Source: Muribaculaceae bacterium
Lineage (GTDB): Bacteria > Bacteroidota > Bacteroidia > Bacteroidales > Muribaculaceae
Length of the DNA: 64,000 bases
Assembly (NCBI GenBank): GCA_022509105.1
Contig: JAFLTV010000004.1
Coordinates: 5,225-69,224, forward strand
Direction of reading: 5' to 3'
In this document: piece by piece, positions 17,441 to 25,591 of the stretch
Position numbering within the stretch: position 1 is the stretch's first letter
Layout of the letters: each line of letters starts with the position of its first letter
Position numbers and translations under genes: made by a program
Notes under the pieces: model-generated
Databases searched by the model: none
Told to the model about the DNA's origin: nothing
Seen by the model: the letters and a program-made list of their open reading frames with translations, nothing else

Positions 17441-19750
17441 TCACCTCAACAACTTCGGAGCCTGGAAGAAGAGTCCGAAATTAATGCCGAAATTCCAGCT
17501 GTTTTTAGGTGCTGAAAGGTAATTGACGTATGCCGACAAACTGGCGAATGGCAGATTGTAGACAGCCGCCAACTCTCCGATAAACTGAGGTTTTTTAAAC
17601 CATCCGTCATAATAAGCCATACCCTTGTCGTCAGCAGCTATATGCCTTATAGGACAGGAGGCATAGAAATCGCCTCGAATCTGAAAACGGTTGAAAGGCA
17701 CCCAAATCGGGATGATGCCTGCGGCCATAAAGTTCGTGCTCCGGAAATCCGGGTTGAAATAGTTTTGAGTTGAGGGAGTCGGAGCGAAAGCCGGGGCATG
17801 AATCATTGTGCAGGTGTAGTTTTCATACAGTTTTGCCAGAGTGGCTATACCCTGAAACATTCCGCCGAGACGGAATTTGTTGTGGATGGGGAAATAATGG
17901 CGCCATAAGAGCTCAACCGACCCCGTTACGTGTCCTTTGTTCTTATGAATCTCTCCTGTTTCTCCCGATTTGTACTTATTATATTCATGATCTACGATTA
18001 GATTGGCGTTCCATTCCTTGCCGAGACTGGGATAAAGCAGGTCGTTTAAAGTGTTGTATTCATATCCGGCCTTAAATGCGGCAATATGGTAGATGCTTTT
18101 ATCCTTATAGTCGGCAAAATAATGGGATCCTTCAGCGGGGTAGAAAATGTTGGCCTCACGACCGTAAGCGGCACTGACATATCCTTTTCCGCGAGTGCCC
18201 ATCGCCCAGCAATATTTCAACCGTGCGTAGGTCTGCACGTCAGTAATAAATGAAGGTGTGCTCGACTGATAAAATAGCAATTCTGAATCATAATATTTCT
18301 GTCTGAAAGAGACTCCCTCAATCTGGATGAAAGATGGCAACGCGGATTTCAGATCGAATTTGGCGCTTAAGACACCGCCGTAATATGATTGTCCGAGCCA
18401 TCCGCTGAGGTCTATATTCATACTGTTGAAACTCAGGGTATGGTAGCCGGCAGTCAGATATAGCATACTGTTTGTAGAGGTGGTTATCCATCCACCCACG
18501 CCAATATTCCAGGGACTCTTGACGCTGGCCTGGAGAAGGAGGGTATTGTTGCCGTCTTTTCCGAATTCAGCCTGAGGGAAAAGATTATAGAACTTGCCGT
18601 CGCCTACGGCACGGTAATAACCGGTCTTCACCTGCTCCAAGTCGATGGGTTTCCCTGGTTTCTCACCTTCAAAAAGATATCTGATATACCTTTCCTGGCG
18701 CGGTGTAGCGCCTGTTATCTTTATGGAATCAAATTTCACATGGGGAGTGCGGGCGGCAAAAGCCTTGCGCCGGGCAGTCACATCAGCCAGGGGTTCGCGA
18801 GCCGGCAGCCTCTTCTTAATGGAGTCTACCATCCCCAGGCCCGTCTTATAGCCTATGGAATAGATTTCCTCGGCCGAACCCCAGTCGAGCACGCCGAAAT
18901 TCAAGACAGGCACCTGAATCTTTACACCTTCATCTGCCGGAAGATTATAATCGTTGTTCTGAATGATCATGTCTTCAAGCTGGCTATAGATATTCCCTCT
19001 TTCTGGTTTGCCGTCGGGAGCTGACACCGAAACGCCGATTATGAAATCGGGATGGAAGTCATCGTGCATCACGTCTACAGGGAAATTATCATAGATGCCG
19101 CCGTCATAGACCAGAACTCCGTCCATTTCAATCGGCCTGAAAACGAGAGGAAAACTCATGGATGCCCTCACGGCATCGGCCAGAGAACCCGACTTGCATA
19201 CGATTTTATGTTTATGGTAGACATCACTTGTGACGCAACGGAAAGGCACAAACAGATTATTGAAGTTTTCACCGCATTGCTCGGTGTAGGGAGAATAGAG
19301 CTCAAGAAATTCCAGGTTCATTGGAATAGGATTAATCAGAGAACTTGGAATGATATGGCTGAAGATAGTGGTGGAATCGTTTATACCGGGATTGAACGAC
19401 ACCCATTTCGGAGAGGGTTCGGGCTGTGAGAAATAATAGACATTCTTTTGATTCAGGGTGCCGGTGCTCCAGTATTTGAATCCCGGCGAGAGAATAAGAT
19501 CGAGCATCTGTTTCGGAGTCCATCCGCAACTATAGAGAGAACCGACTATGGCCCCCATAGAAGTGCCGGCAACGTAATCGATAGGAATATCGTTATCTTC
19601 CAAAGCCTTGATTACGCCGATATGTGCGATTCCCTTGGCACCGCCGCCACTCAACACGAGTCCGACGGTTTCGCGTGCATTTATATTCCGGGAGAAGAGA
19701 AGCGAGGTGAGGAGGAAAAAGCAGATAAAGATATGTTTATAAGATTTCAT
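17441..19750 (-). CDS. Patatin-like phospholipase with a probable C-terminal outer-membrane beta-barrel (PlpD-like architecture)
   Basis: Signal peptide; GGGAKG oxyanion motif, GTSMG nucleophile and DGG motif; aromatic-rich C-terminal half ending WNFGINFGLFF. Confidence 0.88.
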   Translation of the reverse strand: MKSYKHIFICFFLLTSLLFSRNINARETVGLVLSGGGAKGIAHIGVIKALEDNDIPIDYVAGTSMGAIVGSLYSCGWTPKQMLDLILSPGFKYWSTGTLNQKNVYYFSQPEPSPKWVSFNPGINDSTTIFSHIIPSSLINPIPMNLEFLELYSPYTEQCGENFNNLFVPFRCVTSDVYHKHKIVCKSGSLADAVRASMSFPLVFRPIEMDGVLVYDGGIYDNFPVDVMHDDFHPDFIIGVSVSAPDGKPERGNIYSQLEDMIIQNNDYNLPADEGVKIQVPVLNFGVLDWGSAEEIYSIGYKTGLGMVDSIKKRLPAREPLADVTARRKAFAARTPHVKFDSIKITGATPRQERYIRYLFEGEKPGKPIDLEQVKTGYYRAVGDGKFYNLFPQAEFGKDGNNTLLLQASVKSPWNIGVGGWITTSTNSMLYLTAGYHTLSFNSMNIDLSGWLGQSYYGGVLSAKFDLKSALPSFIQIEGVSFRQKYYDSELLFYQSSTPSFITDVQTYARLKYCWAMGTRGKGYVSAAYGREANIFYPAEGSHYFADYKDKSIYHIAAFKAGYEYNTLNDLLYPSLGKEWNANLIVDHEYNKYKSGETGEIHKNKGHVTGSVELLWRHYFPIHNKFRLGGMFQGIATLAKLYENYTCTMIHAPAFAPTPSTQNYFNPDFRSTNFMAAGIIPIWVPFNRFQIRGDFYASCPIRHIAADDKGMAYYDGWFKKPQFIGELAAVYNLPFASLSAYVNYLSAPKNSWNFGINFGLFFQAPKLLR

Positions 19751-19831
19751 AGCGAATTTAACAGATATGCCATCTGAATTTTAACATAAACAGGGCTTGC
19801 AGAGAAGCTTCTGCAAAAACCGGCGGCTATT

Positions 19832-21106
19832 TCAAAAACCGGGTTCCTGCAATTGATTTTCAGCGGGAGTGATATAGGAATCCTTAAACCCGAGGAAATA
19901 TAGAACGCCGTCGATGCCGATTGTGGAAATGCTCTGCGCGGCCTCTTTCTTCACCTTGGGTTTTGCATGGAAAGCGATGCCGAGCCCGGCTTCCGAAAGC
20001 ATGGGGAGGTCGTTGGCACCGTCGCCAACGGCGATTGTCTGAGCGATATCTATATTCTCCACCTGGGCCAGGAGCCTCAGGAGCTCCTTCTTACGCTGGC
20101 CGTCGACTATGTCGCCAACGTAGCGGCCGGTGAGTTTGCCGTCAGGTCCCACTTCAAGCTCGTTGGCATATACATAATCGAAATTATATTTCTGTTTAAG
20201 ATAGTTCCCGAAATATGTGAAACCTCCGGAAAGGATTGCAGTCTTATAGCCGGAACGCTTCAAGACCTTCATCATCCATTCGAGACCCTCTGTGATAGGG
20301 AGATTCTCGGCAATTTCCTTCATAACGCTGACATCGAGCCCCTTGAGGAGCGCGACTCTGCGTGTGAAACTCTCCTTGAAGTCAATTTCCCCTCTCATGG
20401 CGGCTTCCGTTATGGCTCTGACCTCTTCGCCGACTCCGGCCCTGTCGGCCAATTCATCAATCACTTCCGTCTTGATAAGCGTGGAATCCATATCAAAACA
20501 GATAAGGCGACGGCTGCGGCGGTAGATGGTGTCTTCCTGCAGAGAGATATCATAGTTGAGCTTCCGGGACAGCGACATCAGGGCAGCCTGCATGTCGGGG
20601 AGGCTTTCCGGAGTGCCGCGCACAGAGAATTCAATGCAAGCCTTAGTCTGAGGTTGCTGGGATTCATCGAGAGGAATGCGCCCTGTGAGGCGGGTGATGG
20701 AGTCTATGTTAAGACCCTGTTCTGAAATCACCTTAGCCGTGGCCGCAATCTGCTTCGAAGTGATCTTTCTTCCGAGAATAGTGACGATATAGCGGTTTTT
20801 ACCCTGGCGGCTCACCCAGTTTTCATATTCATCGCGACTGACAACGGAGAAAGAGACTTTCACCTTGAGATCGTTGGTCTTGAACAGAAGCTCTTTAATG
20901 ATGTTTCCGCTTTGAGCGCTGTCGGTTTTTACCAGAATGCCCAGAGAAAGATTATGATGGATGTCGGCCTGACCGATATCCAGGACATCGGCATCATATT
21001 TTGCGAGAATCTCCATCAATTCAGCAGTGAGACCCTTGCGGTCTTCACCGGTTATATTAATCAATATAACCTCCAGTTCGCTTTCGTTTGCCTTTTGTTT
21101 CTTCAT
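19832..21106 (-). CDS. serB: Phosphoserine phosphatase with N-terminal ACT domains
   Basis: FDMDSTLI HAD motif I, LSGGF and GDGAND motifs; ACT-like G.D..G N-terminus. Confidence 0.95.
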   Translation of the reverse strand: MKKQKANESELEVILINITGEDRKGLTAELMEILAKYDADVLDIGQADIHHNLSLGILVKTDSAQSGNIIKELLFKTNDLKVKVSFSVVSRDEYENWVSRQGKNRYIVTILGRKITSKQIAATAKVISEQGLNIDSITRLTGRIPLDESQQPQTKACIEFSVRGTPESLPDMQAALMSLSRKLNYDISLQEDTIYRRSRRLICFDMDSTLIKTEVIDELADRAGVGEEVRAITEAAMRGEIDFKESFTRRVALLKGLDVSVMKEIAENLPITEGLEWMMKVLKRSGYKTAILSGGFTYFGNYLKQKYNFDYVYANELEVGPDGKLTGRYVGDIVDGQRKKELLRLLAQVENIDIAQTIAVGDGANDLPMLSEAGLGIAFHAKPKVKKEAAQSISTIGIDGVLYFLGFKDSYITPAENQLQEPGF

Positions 21107-21132
21107 TTGGCAGAGTCAAAAAATTCAAAAAA

Positions 21133-21732
21133 TCATATTTCCCCGAAAGTTAATCCGCTGATGTTTTCCAGTCTTCCCCGGATTCGGCCGGCAAAGTCCT
21201 CACGGAATGAGAGAACCATCTGACAAGAATTGTCGAAATTTCTCTCGAGGACTTCCATCTCTTCAGACTTCACCACCTTCATGACTTCATTGGCAGCGGG
21301 ATAGGGGAAAGTGATTCTAACGGATTCCATTTTATGGACCTCCACCTTCCCGGCATCCTCGAGAGCGAGACGCGCAGCCTCCCGATAGGCTGCTATCAGT
21401 CCGGGAGTGCCAAGCTTTATGCCGCCGAAATATCTGACGACAGCAACGACAACATCGGTCAATCCGAAACTGTTGATCTGCCCTAAAATCGGTTTGCCGG
21501 CAGTGCCGGAGGGTTCTCCGTTATCATTAAGCTGCCAGACATTCCTGTCGGGCCCGATCATATAGGCCCAACAGACATGCCTTGCATCGTGGTATTCATT
21601 TTGAAAATCTTTCACTATCGCTTTGGCCTCTTCGGGCGACGAAGCTTTTCTGGCAAACGCCAGGAATTTGCTCATCTTCTCTTTGAAGACACCCTCTCCG
21701 GGACGTGCGATAGTGTAATAAAGATCACTCAT
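21133..21732 (-). CDS. YigZ/IMPACT family protein
   Basis: KEKMSKF, ARHVCWAY, NDNGEPSGTAGKPIL and VRYFGGIKLG motifs. Confidence 0.92.
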   Translation of the reverse strand: MSDLYYTIARPGEGVFKEKMSKFLAFARKASSPEEAKAIVKDFQNEYHDARHVCWAYMIGPDRNVWQLNDNGEPSGTAGKPILGQINSFGLTDVVVAVVRYFGGIKLGTPGLIAAYREAARLALEDAGKVEVHKMESVRITFPYPAANEVMKVVKSEEMEVLERNFDNSCQMVLSFREDFAGRIRGRLENISGLTFGEI

Positions 21733-21745
21733 CCGAGTAAAGGAA

Positions 21746-22345
21746 TCAACCGAAATAGTTCACCATGCGGTTTTCGGTGCTCGGGAAATAGAGCATACCG
21801 TCAGCCACCTGGGCAGCCACGGGCTCGCCCATAGCCTCATCGACGATAGTCAAAGCCCATGAAAGAGCATTTGCCGGGCCATTACCCAATACAAACTTGT
21901 TGCTGATGACAACCGGGGAATCAACGACTGTGGCTCCTTCGAGATATTTCTCAAAACCGGGATAGCATGTAGCCTTCTCTCCCTTGAGGAGACCCAATTG
22001 TCCGAGCACCACAGCGGGAGCGGCACAGATGGCGGCTATTCTACCATTGGCAGACTCAGCCTGAGTGCGGAGAAGACCCTGGAGCGGACCGAATTCATAG
22101 AGATTCGTGGCGCCCGGCATACCACCCGGGAGGATAAGCCATTCGGGATCATCGAAGAGAGTGTTGTCATAGATAAGGTCGGCATTAACAGTGATGCCAT
22201 GGGCTCCTGTCACCTGCAAAGCGGAAGTGATAGAAACGGTTTGAACGTTCATGCCTGCCCTGCGAAGAACATCGACGGCTGTCAAAGCCTCGACCTCTTC
22301 AAAACCGGCGGCAAGAAAAAGAAAAGAGGGTTTCATATCTTTCAT
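21746..22345 (-). CDS. DJ-1/PfpI (YajL/ThiJ-like) family protein
   Basis: GFEEVEA, LPGGMPGA, AAICAAP and ATCYPGFE motifs. Confidence 0.92.
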   Translation of the reverse strand: MKDMKPSFLFLAAGFEEVEALTAVDVLRRAGMNVQTVSITSALQVTGAHGITVNADLIYDNTLFDDPEWLILPGGMPGATNLYEFGPLQGLLRTQAESANGRIAAICAAPAVVLGQLGLLKGEKATCYPGFEKYLEGATVVDSPVVISNKFVLGNGPANALSWALTIVDEAMGEPVAAQVADGMLYFPSTENRMVNYFG

Positions 22346-22353
22346 ATATTTTG

Positions 22354-23379
22354 TTATTTTCCATTACAGTTGCATTGCCATTGCCAGGCATTGCGCATAG
22401 TGTCTTTGATATCGGCCTCAGCTTTCCATCCCAAAACCTCGTTAGCTTTCACGGGATTTGCCCAAATCTTTTCAATGTCGCCGGCACGGCGGTCGCCAAT
22501 CTTATGAGGCACCTTTACGCCTGTCGCCTCCTCGAAAGCATGGATAAGCTCAAGCACGGAGAGACCGGTGCCTGTGCCGAGGTTAAAGATTTCAATCGCG
22601 TCATGATCCTCGCCATCCAACATTCTCTTCATGGCGATTACATGAGCCTTGGCCAGGTCGACAACATCGATATAATCGCGGATACAGCTACCATCGGGAG
22701 TGTTATAGTCAGTGCCAAAAACAGTAAGTTCCTTTCTGATACCGGCAGCAGCCTGAGTGAGGAAGGGAACCAGATTCTGTGGCACACCGAGAGGGAGCTC
22801 ACCGATGAAACCTGACGGATGGGCGCCGATCGGATTGAAATAACGGAGAATTATGCTCTTGATAGGAGCTCCGCTTGCCACATAATCCTCAATAATCTCT
22901 TCTGAGATCTGTTTTGTGTTTCCGTAGGGAGAAGTGGCTGCCTTAATGGGAGCTGTCTCATCAATGGGATTAACATCCGGTTCGCCGTAGACTGTGCATG
23001 AAGATGAGAACACTATACCTTTCACGCCGAATTCCGGCATGAGTTCAAGAAGATTGATGAGAGTGTTGAGATTGTTGCGATAATAGAGCAACGGTTTCTG
23101 CACGCTCTCGCCGACAGCTTTGGAGGCAGCAAAATTGATGATACCTTTGATGCCGGGATAATCCTTAAACAATTTTCTAAGAGTTTCGATATCCGTGCAG
23201 TCGCCTTTCACGAAAGCCGGGCGTATTCCGGTGATCTTTTCGATACCGTCGATCACGTTTTCATTACTGTTTGACAGATTGTCGATAATGACAACGTCAT
23301 AGCCTGCATTCTGCAGCTCTACAGTGGTGTGTGAACCTATATATCCGGTGCCACCGGTCACTAATATTTTCTCTTTCAT
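22354..23379 (-). CDS. galE: UDP-glucose 4-epimerase
   Basis: True start is MKEKILVTGGTGYIGSHT at 23379; KAVGES, YGNTK (YxxxK), LRYFNPIGAH and RDYIDVVDLA motifs. Confidence 0.95.
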   Translation of the reverse strand: MKEKILVTGGTGYIGSHTTVELQNAGYDVVIIDNLSNSNENVIDGIEKITGIRPAFVKGDCTDIETLRKLFKDYPGIKGIINFAASKAVGESVQKPLLYYRNNLNTLINLLELMPEFGVKGIVFSSSCTVYGEPDVNPIDETAPIKAATSPYGNTKQISEEIIEDYVASGAPIKSIILRYFNPIGAHPSGFIGELPLGVPQNLVPFLTQAAAGIRKELTVFGTDYNTPDGSCIRDYIDVVDLAKAHVIAMKRMLDGEDHDAIEIFNLGTGTGLSVLELIHAFEEATGVKVPHKIGDRRAGDIEKIWANPVKANEVLGWKAEADIKDTMRNAWQWQCNCNGK

Positions 23380-23408
23380 ATCTAAGCTTTTATTTTTGGG
23401 AAAGGTTC

Positions 23409-24308
23409 TTAGAAAAGCTTTGAGGGATAAACGCCTTCGTCTACAAGTTTCTTGAACTGAGCCACTGTAGCCTCTCTGTCGGCAGCGTAAGTGACGCCAA
23501 ACCATTTGGATGGAGTTGGGAGCACTTTGAGCTTGATTTTTCCGTCTGTGATAAGCTCGTTGACAACAGTGGGGATATAGAACTCAGCCTTCAATTCGTC
23601 GTGGTTCTTTTCCAGGAAGTTGAGGAAAGATTTCAAAGAATAGTCGAAATAGTCGGGAGTGAAGCCCCACATATTCATGGAGACAGCGGCACCCTCGGGG
23701 AAGGGCAACTCTTTATCGTCGACCACATGGATAAGCTTGCCATCTTTTCTCTGGATTCCATGACATTCCACCACGCCTGTGAGGTCTCCTTCGCTGCTCA
23801 CTTCGCAAAGGCCTCTGGAAACACCACCGTTTTCACTAAGAGTGTTTTCAACGTTGAACCCGATCATGCAGTAACAATCCCTTTTCCCTTCTACAGATTT
23901 AAGGAAATCGGCAAGAATCTTGAAACTTTCTGCGCCGTAATAATCGTCTGCGTTAATCACTGCAAAGGGTTCCTTGATCACATCCTTACCCATGAGGACA
24001 GCATGGTTAGTGCCCCATGGTTTCTTGCGTTCAGGATTCGGTTTGTAGCCGCCGGGGATATCATTTATATCCTGGAAAACAACTTCCACCGGGATATGGC
24101 CCTCATATTTTGAAATCACCTTCTGACGGAATTCATCTTCAAAATCATGACGGATTACAAAAACGATCTTTCCGAAACCGGCTCTTAGAGCGTCGTAGAC
24201 AGAATAATCCATGATAGTTTCACCGCTCGGGCCGAGACCGTCTAATTGTTTTAGACCACCATAGCGGCTGCCCATTCCGGCAGCAAGAATAAATAGAGTT
24301 GGCTTCAT
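23409..24308 (-). CDS. Sugar-phosphate nucleotidyltransferase family protein
   Basis: LAAGMGSRYGGLKQ, PWGT and INADDYYG motifs. Confidence 0.88.
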   Translation of the reverse strand: MKPTLFILAAGMGSRYGGLKQLDGLGPSGETIMDYSVYDALRAGFGKIVFVIRHDFEDEFRQKVISKYEGHIPVEVVFQDINDIPGGYKPNPERKKPWGTNHAVLMGKDVIKEPFAVINADDYYGAESFKILADFLKSVEGKRDCYCMIGFNVENTLSENGGVSRGLCEVSSEGDLTGVVECHGIQRKDGKLIHVVDDKELPFPEGAAVSMNMWGFTPDYFDYSLKSFLNFLEKNHDELKAEFYIPTVVNELITDGKIKLKVLPTPSKWFGVTYAADREATVAQFKKLVDEGVYPSKLF

Positions 24309-24336
24309 AATATAATTATTTGTGTTTTCAGTTTAT

Positions 24337-25488
24337 TTATATTTTGTTTTGTTGTGGAAATTCATTTGTTATCGCCATTCTGACAAATCTTGAAAGCAGG
24401 AGAAAAAGGTCGAAAAGAACAATCTTTGAATTTGCATTTCTTTCGATATCAGAGGCAGCTCTTGATATTTCAGTCTCTATTTTCTCCACATTTCCGGCAT
24501 GGATGAAAGGGGCGAATTTTTCACTGAAAGATGCTTCATCCTTTGTCATTTCGTTAAGCGATGATATCCCGAAATTATAGATGAAATTCTCGCGCACCAA
24601 TCTCGCGCAATAATTCAGAAACCTGATTATTTTCTCACGTCCGAAAGAGGCGATCTCTTCGGAAAGTTCTTTAAGACGTTTGGCTTTCAAGGCATAGGCA
24701 TTGCGCATCACGTCTTTGAAAAGGCCGGAGAAATCGTTGAGCTCATCGGGATGGCAAGCTATGGCTTCGGCTTTTTCGAGACTTCCTCCCGCGATTCTTG
24801 CAGCATCGGCAGCAGTTTCATCATCCACTCCCTTTTCCCGGAGCATTCGTTCAATCTCGGCCGGAGATAGAGGATGAAAATTAAATCTTTGGGTGCGAGA
24901 CAGAATAGTGGGCAATATTCCTGACTCATTATTGCTTACGAGGATAAAGAGAGTGTCTTCGAAGGGTTCCTCAATAATTTTGAGCAATTTATTTGCCGCC
25001 TCCATTCGCATTTTTTCCGGTTGCCAGATAATGAATATCTTGAGGTTCTCCCGATATGAAGACAAGGAAGCCCGATTTATAATCTCTTCACTTTCATCTA
25101 CATAAATGGAGGGTTGAGAATTTCCGGCTTTCAGGAACTCATTCCATTTTTCAGGGGGCATATAGCTGTTTTCATCTATAAAATCCCGCCATTGGGCAAT
25201 AAAATCTTTAGAGATTACGGCTCCCTCTTTTTTTAAGATCGGATAGACGAAATGCAAATCCGGGTTGTTGTGTTTTTGATGCTGGATACATGAAGGGCAA
25301 ACTCCGCAGGAATCGCCGTTTTTCCTGTTTTTACAATGGAGATATTGAGCCAAGGCACGGGCGGTCCTGAACTTACCTATACCCGACAGACCCGAGAAAA
25401 GGAGGGCATGTGGCAACTTCCCTGAATCTATTGATGATTTCAAGGCGGTTATGATATCATTATGTCCTGTGATGTCTGAAAATTTCAC
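24337..25488 (-). CDS. holB: DNA polymerase III subunit delta'
   Basis: HALLFSGLSGIGK, Zn motif C..SCGVCPSC, AANKLLKIIEEP and ILPTILSR. Confidence 0.9.
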   Translation of the reverse strand: MKFSDITGHNDIITALKSSIDSGKLPHALLFSGLSGIGKFRTARALAQYLHCKNRKNGDSCGVCPSCIQHQKHNNPDLHFVYPILKKEGAVISKDFIAQWRDFIDENSYMPPEKWNEFLKAGNSQPSIYVDESEEIINRASLSSYRENLKIFIIWQPEKMRMEAANKLLKIIEEPFEDTLFILVSNNESGILPTILSRTQRFNFHPLSPAEIERMLREKGVDDETAADAARIAGGSLEKAEAIACHPDELNDFSGLFKDVMRNAYALKAKRLKELSEEIASFGREKIIRFLNYCARLVRENFIYNFGISSLNEMTKDEASFSEKFAPFIHAGNVEKIETEISRAASDIERNANSKIVLFDLFLLLSRFVRMAITNEFPQQNKI

Positions 25489-25530
25489 TTAGCTAAGGAT
25501 ACAGTATGAGCCCTTATTTTTAGCCCGTAA

Positions 25531-25538
25531 CAAAATTA
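25531..25538 (-). promoter_or_regulatory. Bacteroidetes sigma-A -7 element (TAATTTTG) upstream of holB
   Basis: Matches the TAnnTTTG consensus about 43 nt upstream of the GTG start; no clear -33 box. Confidence 0.5.
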
Positions 25539-25591
25539 ATTAAATTGCTACAAAATACCAATAAATAAAAAATATTTTCTAACTTAGAGGT

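Noticed and set aside
19797-19816. Hairpin TTGCAGA-N6-TCTGCAA between serB and the patatin gene
   Set aside because: Short stem with no convincing U-tract on the coding strand; not called as a terminator.
19967-20725. 252-aa plus-strand ORF and other long ORFs opposite serB, galE and the patatin gene
   Set aside because: Antisense frames kept open by high GC3; no independent signals.
23380-23505. N-terminal extension of galE in the ORF track
   Set aside because: It overlaps the upstream nucleotidyltransferase, and the Rossmann motif begins right after the ATG at 23379. Similar over-extended starts were trimmed for rpsO, yicC, clpP and mutL.
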